Virus record (IMG/VR): IMGVR_UViG_3300009095_000002
Coordinates: 1 to 45,689 of that record
Source: a virus
Lineage: Duplodnaviria > Caudoviricetes
DNA length: 45,689 nt
Strand: one strand, 5' to 3'
The translations under genes and the position numbers were made by a program. Positions 1 to 7,755 of this stretch are shown piece after piece (position 1 is the first letter of the stretch; each line of letters begins with the position of its first letter). The notes under the pieces were generated by a model. The model was given only the letters and a program-made list of their open reading frames with translations. It did no database searches and was not told the origin of the DNA.

Positions 1-123
1 TGAGGATTGCCGATCATTTCGACTTGGTATGCCCCAAAATAAGACCGAAGTAAGCTCTCAACTACACGAATAGGGAGATACTTCACCGGCTTTCCTCCGG
101 TCTTGTCATTAACTTTAATCAAA
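1..123. repeat. Terminal direct repeat (identical to 45567-45689); circular-assembly overlap
   Basis: Exact 123-bp match of both ends; a reading frame continues across the join. Confidence 0.97.
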
Positions 124-245
124 CCAGGCTTAGGGGCATTGTTTAAAAGCCTATTAAACTCAAGCAGAGCAGGCAAATTAACCTCTGTTACTTTTTGAAC
201 CTGCTTATCTACTTTAGCAAGCTCCTTTATTTCTTTATTTTCCAT
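1..245 (-). CDS. 5' part of Sak/Rad52-like single-strand annealing protein (continues at 45245-45689; 188 aa in total)
   Basis: ATG at 245 (MENKEIKELAK...APKPGLIKVNDK) is in frame with ORF 45245..45688 across the circular junction. Confidence 0.75.
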   Translation of the reverse strand, partial: MENKEIKELAKVDKQVQKVTEVNLPALLEFNRLLNNAPKPGLIKVNDKTGGKPVKYLPIRVVESLLRSYFGAYQVEMIGNP

Positions 246-247
246 AC

Positions 248-535
248 CTATAAATGCTTTAAAACTTTTTCTTCAAGGTCTTTCTCTGAGAAGCAAATGA
301 ACCTAGGATGAATACCGTTTACTTTTGCTATGTCAAGGACCTTATCTTGTACTTGCCACCAGTTACCGAATTCTGCTACTTCAAGCAACTTATGAATCAT
401 GTTAAGAATATACTTTTCAGTTAGCGGCAATTGCTCTAAGTACTCAAATGCTGATTCTGTGAATTCTCCTATACCTCTATTGTTTAGATCTAAGTAGAAT
501 CTGTTAAGAATCTTAGCTAGTAGTTGTGTGGTCAT
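248..535 (-). CDS. Hypothetical protein
   Basis: 95-aa ORF packed in the early operon. Confidence 0.7.
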   Translation of the reverse strand: MTTQLLAKILNRFYLDLNNRGIGEFTESAFEYLEQLPLTEKYILNMIHKLLEVAEFGNWWQVQDKVLDIAKVNGIHPRFICFSEKDLEEKVLKHL

Positions 536-628
536 AACTTCACGCCTGTTATCTCTTCAAATATTGACTTGTCAAAATTTGGCAACTTAAAAAACTCATT
601 CTTTGATGAATCACTCCAGTTATGCCAC

Positions 629-937
629 TTAAAATTTTACAATTGCCCTTAAAAACTCTTCTATGATTCCAGGACATTGACTTGGCAAATCCCAGTATAG
701 TTGTTGCCAGTTGTATATTGGCTCTCCCCTTTCGCATATCTTATAATGTCTTAAGAAATCAGGATGAACAACCTTCATATATATATTGAAGTATTCAAGC
801 AGTTCATGAACTTCTAATCTCTCGCCTTTGTATGTATAAGCGATCGTTACTATACCCCTTTCTTCATCAGCGAGAAAGCAAATGCCTTTTGGATAATTCA
901 ATACCTTGTAGGCTTTTTCAAGTACCGTATCCATCAT
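629..937 (-). CDS. Hypothetical protein
   Basis: 102-aa ORF in the operon. Confidence 0.7.
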   Translation of the reverse strand: MMDTVLEKAYKVLNYPKGICFLADEERGIVTIAYTYKGERLEVHELLEYFNIYMKVVHPDFLRHYKICERGEPIYNWQQLYWDLPSQCPGIIEEFLRAIVKF

Positions 938-1062
938 ATGCCGAAAGCTTGAGATTCACAAGAAGGATGAACAGGAAAGAATGAAGGACATCCACAATAA
1001 ACACAGATATAAGTTGTGCCTTTAGGCCTCTTTGTTTTGAGAGTAATTGATAGTGCTATCAT
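934..1062 (-). CDS. Small CxxC protein (42 aa, not in ORF track)
   Basis: MIALSITLKTKRPKGTTYICVYCGCPSFFPVHPSCESQAFGI; ATGA overlaps with both neighbours. Confidence 0.6.
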   Translation of the reverse strand: MIALSITLKTKRPKGTTYICVYCGCPSFFPVHPSCESQAFGI

Positions 1063-1316
1063 CTTTTAAATAGGTATTTTTCAATCTCACTTAATTTTAC
1101 TCTGTACTTATTGTCTGCACACTTTTGGCCGATCTTCTTTCCATACACCCACTTCTTTAAAGTACCAGGGGCTAGATCTGGAAATGATTCATAAATTTCA
1201 GGCGCATTAATTGCGTAAGAGACTTCTCTTACTCTGACAGGAGACTTTGCCACCTTCTGTATTGCACGCTCAACGGCCAGTTCAGCGAACCGCATTATTT
1301 CCGGGGTAATTTCCAT
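1059..1316 (-). CDS. Excisionase-like (winged HTH) DNA-binding protein
   Basis: GTLKKWVYGKKIG...YRVKLSEIEKYL resembles the Xis/MerR-like HTH_17 pattern; lies next to the lysogeny switch. Confidence 0.6.
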   Translation of the reverse strand: MEITPEIMRFAELAVERAIQKVAKSPVRVREVSYAINAPEIYESFPDLAPGTLKKWVYGKKIGQKCADNKYRVKLSEIEKYLFKR

Positions 1317-1512
1317 TTCCGATTAATTTTAAAGGTCTGGGTAATTGTCTTCTTCTCTGTGGGAGATGCTTAGACTCTGTATCTATGGGAATGATAATAT
1401 CATCCCCTAATTCAGCATCAAGCCTTTGGACCATCCACTGCAATAGCATCGCCTGATGGACCAAGCTTTCAGCGAAGTCTTTTAGCGGCTGTATTTTACT
1501 TCTCTTCTCCAT
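1282..1512 (-). CDS. Hypothetical protein
   Basis: 76-aa ORF in the early operon. Confidence 0.55.
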   Translation of the reverse strand: MEKRSKIQPLKDFAESLVHQAMLLQWMVQRLDAELGDDIIIPIDTESKHLPQRRRQLPRPLKLIGNGNYPGNNAVR

Positions 1513-1540
1513 AGTACTCTTTTAGTTTTTTATGTTTGGA

Positions 1541-1795
1541 TTACTTTTTACTATTGTCTGATAAGCCTAAAATTTCCCTCAACTCCTTCTTTAGTTTCCC
1601 TGGGTTTAACCTATCCCACGCCTTCACTCCTAGTGTCAAAATTTCCTTTCCCGCTTCAACCTTGCTGACTTTTTGGCTTCTTAAAGTCGTTTCGTGACCA
1701 GAAATGTCAATGATAGCCGCATCTAATTCATCAGGCACACGGATTGTCTTTTGCAGTTTCCCGTTTTGGTCGGTATCTTTACTTGTCTGTCTCAT
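1541..1795 (-). CDS. Cro-position regulator, possibly ribbon-helix-helix
   Basis: Divergent from cI; QKTIRVPDELDAAI is an Arc/RHH-like pattern; start chosen downstream of the promoter at 1819-1850. Confidence 0.55.
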   Translation of the reverse strand: MRQTSKDTDQNGKLQKTIRVPDELDAAIIDISGHETTLRSQKVSKVEAGKEILTLGVKAWDRLNPGKLKKELREILGLSDNSKK

Positions 1796-1818
1796 TGGCT
1801 TTGTTTGTATCATTGAGA

Positions 1819-1896
1819 CAAATATATAGACATTATCAATATTTGTCAAGCTTTATCAATATTTTTTGATAAAAATATCTACAATATCAATAATTT
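1819..1896. promoter_or_regulatory. Lysis/lysogeny switch: leftward Bacteroidota promoter plus operator repeats
   Basis: TATATTTG (-7 box, minus strand 1819-1826), TTG about 20 bp upstream; TTATCAATATTT at 1833 and 1853, TATCAATA at 1885, palindrome TTATCAA-N6-TTGATAA at 1853-1872. Confidence 0.7.
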
Positions 1897-1899
1897 AAA

Positions 1900-2325
1900 A
1901 TGGAAAATCCTATAAGTCAAAGGATTAAAGAGGTTAGAAAAGATAAAAATTTAACCCAAAAAGACTTTGCGATTGGTTTAAAAATAAACCAATCATCAAT
2001 CTCCACAATGGAAAATGGAGGAAACCCAGACATTCTAACTGTTTTAAATCTTATTGTGTATTATAATGTAAACCTAAATTGGCTATTTACCGGAAAAGGG
2101 AATATGTATATTGACAATAAAATAATTGACAATAAGAATAACCCTGAATATTGGAAGGCAGTCGGTAAAATTGAAGTACTAGAAGAGCATTTGATAGAAT
2201 CAAAGACAAATGAGTCTAGGTTAAAAACAAAGATTAATGAGCTTTTAGACGAAAACAATAGGCTGTTTAATGAAATAGAGAGGCTTCAAAAACTTTTACA
2301 GGAGGACAAATCAAATACTGCATAA
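1900..2325 (+). CDS. CI-like repressor (XRE HTH + C-terminal coiled coil, no S24 peptidase domain)
   Basis: RIKEVRKDKNLTQKDFAIGLKINQSSISTMENG...VNLNWLFTGKG. Confidence 0.9.
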   Translation: MENPISQRIKEVRKDKNLTQKDFAIGLKINQSSISTMENGGNPDILTVLNLIVYYNVNLNWLFTGKGNMYIDNKIIDNKNNPEYWKAVGKIEVLEEHLIESKTNESRLKTKINELLDENNRLFNEIERLQKLLQEDKSNTA

Positions 2326-2353
2326 AAAAAGGGTAGCTTACATTGCTACCCTT
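2324..2353. terminator. Hairpin terminator between convergent genes
   Basis: AAGGGTAGC-N7-GCTACCCTT with an A-tract. Confidence 0.75.
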
Positions 2354-2562
2354 AAATAGTTTACATTCACTCTCTCCTTATTTAATTTTCGTATCTTCTC
2401 TTGAAGATCAATTACAATGTCTTGATTTTTATTAAGAAGGGTTAAGGCCTCTTTAAGTTCTTTAATTAACCGCCTCTTTGTTTCTCTTAACTGTATTACC
2501 TCTTTTTCTAATTCTAAAAAATCAGTCCTGTTTTCACTGTTAATTATCCTGTCTTTGCCCAT
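2338..2562 (-). CDS. Hypothetical coiled-coil protein
   Basis: MGKDRIIN... heptad pattern; downstream of integrase. Confidence 0.55.
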   Translation of the reverse strand: MGKDRIINSENRTDFLELEKEVIQLRETKRRLIKELKEALTLLNKNQDIVIDLQEKIRKLNKERVNVNYLRVAM

Positions 2563-2669
2563 AAAAATAAAAAGTTTAAATGTTACAACTATTGTGGTTA
2601 TAACATTAATATACGTCACCCACTTCGCAATTATTTTGCGTTGGGAGAAAAAACCCGTAAAAACACCTA

Positions 2670-3875
2670 TTAAAACCTAGCCTTCTTAAACATTTCTTTA
2701 ACAATATCAGACTTCCGGATACCTAGGTAGGCATCAAAACTTCTTCTTGTTTCATGTCCAGTAGTCTTCATTACTAATTCAGGATCTAACCCATAATCAT
2801 ATACCTTAATAGAAGCATGTGTTTTCCTGCCTGTTTTAGTTGTTGCTTTTATCCGTATTTGGCCTAACTCGTATTGTATACATGCTATATAATAGTTCAG
2901 GTTGTTTCCCGTCATGTAAGGCAATTCTCCATACTTTTCCTTGAGCAAATTGATATAATAGACTGGCCTGAAAAGCTGATCATCAAAATAAGGTATAATA
3001 CAAGGTGATGTTGTTTTCTTCCTGTAAAGAATCAAAAACTCATGCCCCTCTTCAGTATATTTTTTACTTAATGCAGGAGCTAAACTTTCATTATAATCGG
3101 AAATGTGAATTGCAGTACTAACAAGTGTTAAAAATATCAGACGTGCTTTTTCCAGTGGCTTATCCAAAAAACATACATTGTGCCATTGTAGAAGTTCTTC
3201 AGAGGTTAACGGCTCTGCATCTTCACTTTCTCCAATTGGCCGCTCAAACTCTTCATAATCTCTTGGCAAGTCAGGAATACTTTTTAGTAGCCATGAGCAA
3301 AACAGTTTAATATTTTTTATGTGCTTGGAATAAGTTTCTGCCTCTTGTCCAAGATCAATTAAAATGTATTTCTTAAACTTTTTCTCAAACTCAAAATCAA
3401 ATTTCTTTGGTGTCAAATCAAATCCAGTAGTAATAAAGTCGCTTAGCTTATCTCGGGTGTTTTTATATTGCTTTATCGTTGCTTCCGAAATAAGCTTATT
3501 GGTAACTTTTGACACTCTGGTCCTACTCTCCTCTATAAATTCATTAAAATAAGCTAAAACGCCTTTTTCTGAAGGTAAAATATAGTTCGGATCCTTGAAT
3601 TTCTTGTATTGAGCTTTAATCGCTTCATTTGAAATCGGAGACACCAGAAGCTTATCAAAAAAATCCATGTGATTAGAAAGCTTTTCATTCTTTTTCCGGT
3701 GGTCTGGATCACTTCGCTTCACAATCTTTTGCTCGTCATCCCAATTATTAGGATGAACCTTTATCCCCGTAGAGGGTCTTAGCCTCTTTGAATTGTGGCT
3801 AATATCAAAATTGATCGGAAATAAACCTTCTTTGTCTACCCCATTTGATCGGTCTAAAAAAAGTGAATAGCTCAT
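2670..3875 (-). CDS. int: Tyrosine integrase (Bacteroidota arm-binding + SAM-like + catalytic domains)
   Basis: STGIKVHPNNWD arm domain; ISEATIKQY; TAIHISD / KKT / KTGRKT / GH...AY catalytic region; adjacent attP. True start is likely ATG 3875, not 3944. Confidence 0.92.
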   Translation of the reverse strand: MSYSLFLDRSNGVDKEGLFPINFDISHNSKRLRPSTGIKVHPNNWDDEQKIVKRSDPDHRKKNEKLSNHMDFFDKLLVSPISNEAIKAQYKKFKDPNYILPSEKGVLAYFNEFIEESRTRVSKVTNKLISEATIKQYKNTRDKLSDFITTGFDLTPKKFDFEFEKKFKKYILIDLGQEAETYSKHIKNIKLFCSWLLKSIPDLPRDYEEFERPIGESEDAEPLTSEELLQWHNVCFLDKPLEKARLIFLTLVSTAIHISDYNESLAPALSKKYTEEGHEFLILYRKKTTSPCIIPYFDDQLFRPVYYINLLKEKYGELPYMTGNNLNYYIACIQYELGQIRIKATTKTGRKTHASIKVYDYGLDPELVMKTTGHETRRSFDAYLGIRKSDIVKEMFKKARF

Positions 3876-3880
3876 AAAGT

Positions 3881-4116
3881 TACTGACATTAGTACTGACG
3901 AAAATACTGACGAATTTGAAACAAAACGGCACAAATTGAATCAAATTGATATAGCGGCAATTTATTTAAAAGTGGGATAAAAATGAAAAAAGCCGCTAAT
4001 TTGGATTTTAGCGGCTTTACTGAAGTTGTCCGACCAGGACTTACAAAATCTTTGTATTAAATTAATTCCCAATATTTTACAGTGCCTTTATATTTGCACT
4101 GGCGTAAAAACTGTCG
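3881..4116. other. attP: tRNA 3'-end core (4025-4041) flanked by arm-type repeats
   Basis: Minus strand AGTCCTGGTCGGACAAC resembles the T-arm/acceptor end of Bacteroidota tRNA-Gln; TACTGAC x3 at 12-bp period (3881, 3893, 3905); ACTG(G/T)CG x2 at 12-bp period (4098, 4110). Confidence 0.8.
3986..4018 (-). terminator. Rho-independent terminator downstream of the tRNA-end core
   Basis: AAAGCCGCTAA-N8-TTAGCGGCTTT with a U-tract on the minus strand. Confidence 0.85.
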
Positions 4117-4264
4117 CAAACTATTTTCCCACATTGTTTTTACGGCTGCAAATGTACAAAAAAATAAATTACCTGTTGCAGGTATTTTAAGCCATTTACC
4201 AATAATATTATTATTCCTGTCATGATCAGGCAAAAGAAAAAGTACTCCTTAGTATATCGGTTCA

Positions 4265-4540
4265 TTACGTCAGGTATTTTTTTAGATGTTCTATTTGAAT
4301 GGCAGTATAAGAGTCTTTCCCTGAATGATATATACCTATCTCATTGTCAATAGGGAAGTATTTAAAATGAGTAATTTCAGTGTTGTCATATTTTTCTTTC
4401 GGATAAGCCGGATAAAACGAATAATACTCATTACCATTATAAAAATCAATATCATAAGACGAAGTGCCATCTGAATATAATACTTCATAGTTGATGTTTA
4501 ATTCTTTAAGAATTTCCTCTATTTTATTTTTTATGTCCAT
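4265..4540 (-). CDS. Hypothetical (moron cassette)
   Basis: 91-aa AT-rich ORF. Confidence 0.7.
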   Translation of the reverse strand: MDIKNKIEEILKELNINYEVLYSDGTSSYDIDFYNGNEYYSFYPAYPKEKYDNTEITHFKYFPIDNEIGIYHSGKDSYTAIQIEHLKKYLT

Positions 4541-4578
4541 TATTATGCAGGTTTTGTTTTACAAATTAAGTCCGGCTG

Positions 4579-4827
4579 TTATACCGGACTTACCACTTCA
4601 AGATTTTTGCTATCAAGTGGAAATTTATTTATATATCCATCAGGCCATTTCAAACAAAAAAGGCCATCATGAAAAACAATTTTACATATATGAAAGGCTC
4701 CTTTGTAGTATATTTTGGCATCATCATCCTCAAATATTTCCCTGTCATTTTTATCAAAAAGGCCAGAAGACATTAGCCCTTTAATTACTACAATGCCCTG
4801 AGGTGTCTTAATATTTATATCTCTCAT
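4579..4827 (-). CDS. Hypothetical (moron cassette)
   Basis: 82-aa ORF. Confidence 0.7.
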   Translation of the reverse strand: MRDINIKTPQGIVVIKGLMSSGLFDKNDREIFEDDDAKIYYKGAFHICKIVFHDGLFCLKWPDGYINKFPLDSKNLEVVSPV

Positions 4828-4847
4828 TTATTTTTGGTTTAAATAGA

Positions 4848-5144
4848 TTAAAAATTTTCATCCTCCCACTCCATATAAGACTTATACCAATGCCATGCAC
4901 GGTCTAATAATTTATTCACTTGCTTGTCCTTATCTTCCTGCTTGGCGTGTAGCTCAGTTGTAAACATGTGGTGGATAGTTAGTGTATAGGTTTCGGATTC
5001 GTGTATGCCGTAATATTGATATGGCTTACCTGTATCAATATGGCCATTGTGAACCTGAATTATACTGATTGGCTCTATTGTATGAATGAGGGCAACGTTG
5101 TCGTTGCCACTCATATCATTACTTGCTAATAAGAATCTATCCAT
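4848..5144 (-). CDS. Hypothetical (moron cassette)
   Basis: 98-aa ORF ending LLDRAWHWYKSYMEWED. Confidence 0.75.
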   Translation of the reverse strand: MDRFLLASNDMSGNDNVALIHTIEPISIIQVHNGHIDTGKPYQYYGIHESETYTLTIHHMFTTELHAKQEDKDKQVNKLLDRAWHWYKSYMEWEDENF

Positions 5145-5545
5145 TATTGTTCGATCTTGTATCCGTACACTTCATTATAATATAGTGTGCCATCCCAATT
5201 TTCAAGCATATATTCCATAACCTCTATTCTATAATGATCTTCACAGGCCGAATCCCCGCCATATACACAATTGCCTCCAAAGCTTCCTTTTTCGGAAATC
5301 CCGAAATAACCGTTAGCGAAATCAAATATTTCAAAGTTATCCTTATCAACTGTTATAGTCTCAGCAATTTCAACTGACACAAAATTCCGATCCCAGTTGT
5401 TAGAATCAATAACTTCGTTAGCATCATATTCATCTTCGAATATCCTAGCATCTTCAATGTTAATTGTCTCGAAGTCTAAGCCGTTTAAAAAATAAACATT
5501 TGAAACAAATTTGCCGTTCGTGGTTGTTATTACATATTTTTTCAT
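5144..5545 (-). CDS. Hypothetical acidic protein (moron cassette)
   Basis: 133-aa ORF directly downstream of a consensus promoter. Confidence 0.75.
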   Translation of the reverse strand: MKKYVITTTNGKFVSNVYFLNGLDFETINIEDARIFEDEYDANEVIDSNNWDRNFVSVEIAETITVDKDNFEIFDFANGYFGISEKGSFGGNCVYGGDSACEDHYRIEVMEYMLENWDGTLYYNEVYGYKIEQ

Positions 5546-5604
5546 TTTATTGCGCTCCTTGGTTGGCTGCGTCCCCGTGTTAGTGTTTAATTATTATAAC
5601 GTAT

Positions 5605-5649
5605 CAAAGGTAGGAAAGGTTTTTGAATTTGCAAAATTATTTCAAAATA
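5605..5649 (-). promoter_or_regulatory. Bacteroidota sigma70 promoter with palindromic operator
   Basis: TTTG-N19-TACCTTTG; 29-bp element 5621-5649 repeated at 6472-6500. Confidence 0.8.
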
Positions 5650-5837
5650 TTTTCCCTATTTTTTTTTATCAAAGTTTTGGCCCATTTCAAGAACCGATCA
5701 TTGAGGTTGGGTATCTTCTTCAGCTCTGCCTTGTCTTCAGCTTCAATATTGAAATTAATCAACTCTTTGTTTTGAAACTTTTTTGTTCTTCCGGCTCCGG
5801 GCCTTGCTCCGCCAGATCCAGGTTTGCGTCCATTCAT
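5637..5837 (-). CDS. Small DNA-binding protein (GGARPGAGR motif + RHH-like segment)
   Basis: GSGGARPGAGRTKK followed by INFNIEAEDKAEL. Confidence 0.7.
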   Translation of the reverse strand: MNGRKPGSGGARPGAGRTKKFQNKELINFNIEAEDKAELKKIPNLNDRFLKWAKTLIKKNRENILK

Positions 5838-5839
5838 GA

Positions 5840-6424
5840 TTATTTAACAGGTTTTCTTTTCTTCTTAATAATGCCTAGTTCTAGGCGTTTTAATGTGATG
5901 GCATTATATGATCTGTTTATCAGCTTCATTAGCTCTTTTGTTGGTAAATGCGAGTTTTCCTTTAATGTTTTAACCTCAGAAAGACTCCATTCTCCTTTAC
6001 TTATTTTTGAAAGGTTAAGCTCCCTGGCTTTGATGGCAACAGAAATAACAGATCTGTTTAAGTGTTCCGCACAGCTTTTGCGGCCTATTGTTTTATAGTT
6101 ATGAATAAGGTACTGTTCTTCCTCCTCTGTAAAATTCTCCCTAGTAGTTGATATCCCAGAAATAGAGGCATATTTTTTTACTGAGGCCTCGGACACCCCT
6201 AACTTATCAGAAATCTCTTTAATGGATATTTTATAATAATTTAAGCGTATAAACTCTTTGTCTGTATCACTCAATTTTTTACCTAATAGGTTTAATTTCT
6301 TCGCCATTTGATACACCTCCGACGGAGAGCATTGCAAAATTTCAGCTATTTTTTTTCTGCCTAATATATGATAAGTCTTTTCGACCAGAAATAACTCTTT
6401 TTCTTTTAAGTCCTTATTTTTCAC
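5840..6424 (-). CDS. Multi-repeat HTH/Myb-like DNA-binding protein
   Basis: About four repeats of (F/W)(T/S)xxE..L..N......A..L.RS...V..KA..L.L. Confidence 0.75.
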   Translation of the reverse strand: MKNKDLKEKELFLVEKTYHILGRKKIAEILQCSPSEVYQMAKKLNLLGKKLSDTDKEFIRLNYYKISIKEISDKLGVSEASVKKYASISGISTTRENFTEEEEQYLIHNYKTIGRKSCAEHLNRSVISVAIKARELNLSKISKGEWSLSEVKTLKENSHLPTKELMKLINRSYNAITLKRLELGIIKKKRKPVK

Positions 6425-6454
6425 ACCATGCTCCTTTAGATTTTAAAAACTAAT

Positions 6455-6500
6455 CAAATTTAGTTTATTTGTTTTGAATTTGCAAAACTATTTCAAAATA
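6455..6500 (-). promoter_or_regulatory. Bacteroidota sigma70 promoter with the same operator
   Basis: TTTG-N20-TAAATTTG; 28/29 identity to 5621-5649. Confidence 0.8.
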
Positions 6501-6524
6501 AATTAAAAAATATTTTTTGGCCTA

Positions 6525-6559
6525 AAAAACAAAACCCGCTCCTTATTACAGGAAGCGGG
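6525..6559 (-). terminator. Late/lysis operon terminator
   Basis: CCCGCT(T)CC hairpin with a U-tract on the minus strand. Confidence 0.75.
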
Positions 6560-6587
6560 CCAGTCAATGGAAGAAAATAAAGGGGAC

Positions 6588-7148
6588 TTAAAATATTTTT
6601 CGTCGAATGCCTATTACTGGTGATTTACTTATTAGGTCATACCCTGCTGAGTAGGACCAGCCTTTTTTGTCAACAAATTCGGCTTCAATTCTGATTGAGT
6701 TTAAACCTGCAGATCCGCCCAGGTAAAACCCACTTTGAAAGACTAATGAATCTTTTCGAGGTGTTCGGATTTCCCGAATAGCCGGCTTTTTAATTATTGT
6801 TTGCTGCAGAAGAACACCCTGAATAGAATCTTTAATTGTGACTGCAGAATCTGAATATTCATAAACCCTGATAGAATCGCAGTTTGAAACCAATTGCCCG
6901 GAGTCGGGAAGATGGTTATTTTCAGTTGTAAAGCATTTCTTTACTACTGAAAGGTTACTGTGATTTGCCGTACCCTTTGATGAATAAGTTTTAGTCGGCT
7001 TAGGCTTTTCAAAAACAAAAGTATCGCCCGGGACAAAAACCGTGTCCGTGATGCAGCTTTCGCAATCGCATTTTTTATGGTTGTACCCAAAGTAGGACCC
7101 ACCCAGAAATATCAAAATTGCGATTATGACAGCAGCGAAGTATTTCAT
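6588..7148 (-). CDS. Spanin-position membrane protein
   Basis: N-terminal TM, C-terminal amphipathic beta strands ending in F; last gene of the lysis cassette. Confidence 0.55.
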   Translation of the reverse strand: MKYFAAVIIAILIFLGGSYFGYNHKKCDCESCITDTVFVPGDTFVFEKPKPTKTYSSKGTANHSNLSVVKKCFTTENNHLPDSGQLVSNCDSIRVYEYSDSAVTIKDSIQGVLLQQTIIKKPAIREIRTPRKDSLVFQSGFYLGGSAGLNSIRIEAEFVDKKGWSYSAGYDLISKSPVIGIRRKIF

Positions 7149-7312
7149 TTCTTAGGTTTATAATTTTTTGCAACCAATCCGATAAATGCAATCACGCCAA
7201 TCACGCCCTTAACCCATTTAGGCAAATAGTCTGATCCGGAAATGAAAGCGTAAGCTTCATAAACTGCAATCAATATTCCATAGATTACAGGCCAATATTT
7301 TTTAATGATCAT
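7145..7312 (-). CDS. Holin-like two-TM protein (55 aa, not in ORF track)
   Basis: MIIKKYWPVIYGILIAVYEAYAFISGSDYLPKWVKGVIGVIAFIGLVAKNYKPKK; ATGA overlaps at both ends; basic C-terminus. Confidence 0.75.
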   Translation of the reverse strand: MIIKKYWPVIYGILIAVYEAYAFISGSDYLPKWVKGVIGVIAFIGLVAKNYKPKK

Positions 7313-7755
7313 GAAAAGTACATTTTAATTTCCTTCTTTCTTCGGTTGGTTAATCCTGCCATAACCTTACCGCTTGCTTTATTCCACTTCAAAAACTCAG
7401 CTTCTATTTCTTGCCTGGATGATTTCGCCTTTATCTTTTTCAACAACGTTGACTTTTCTAATGCAGCACTACCAACATTAAATGCAAATGATATGAGAGC
7501 GTTAAACTGGCCTTGTGTTAGCTTCTTAATATCGATAACCTTTTTTAGTCTTATCTCAAAATCTTTAAGATCTTGAAATAACAAATGGTCAACGTCTACG
7601 CTATCAAGCGTAGCAGTTAACAAATGAGATTCATTAGGCTTAATCAAATGACCTACGCCAATAGTCATAAACCCGGCCCCGTCGTCGTAGGCAGTAAATT
7701 CAACACCCTCTAGCTCTTTTAAAAAGTCAATAGTTGTCCTGTCTATTTGTGCCAT
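7309..7755 (-). CDS. Endolysin, GH24 phage lysozyme
   Basis: LEGVEFTAYDDGAGFMTIGVGH (E-x8-D-x5-T triad); ALISFAFNVG; GLTNRRKKE. Confidence 0.95.
   Translation of the reverse strand: MAQIDRTTIDFLKELEGVEFTAYDDGAGFMTIGVGHLIKPNESHLLTATLDSVDVDHLLFQDLKDFEIRLKKVIDIKKLTQGQFNALISFAFNVGSAALEKSTLLKKIKAKSSRQEIEAEFLKWNKASGKVMAGLTNRRKKEIKMYFS

Noticed and set aside
541-590. Fifth AGTTGCC copy at 581-587
   Set aside because: No nearby GGCA or loop-complementary strand; early region; does not fit the motif
2110-2140. TTGACAATAA tandem repeat inside cI
   Set aside because: Only two copies, encoding a low-complexity linker (IDNKIIDNK)
3876-3944. N-terminal extension of the integrase in the ORF track
   Set aside because: It is a translation of the arm-site repeats (FVSIFVSTNVS); ATG 3875 is more plausible
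5511-6098. 195-aa plus-strand ORF
   Set aside because: Antisense shadow of real genes and a promoter; no motifs
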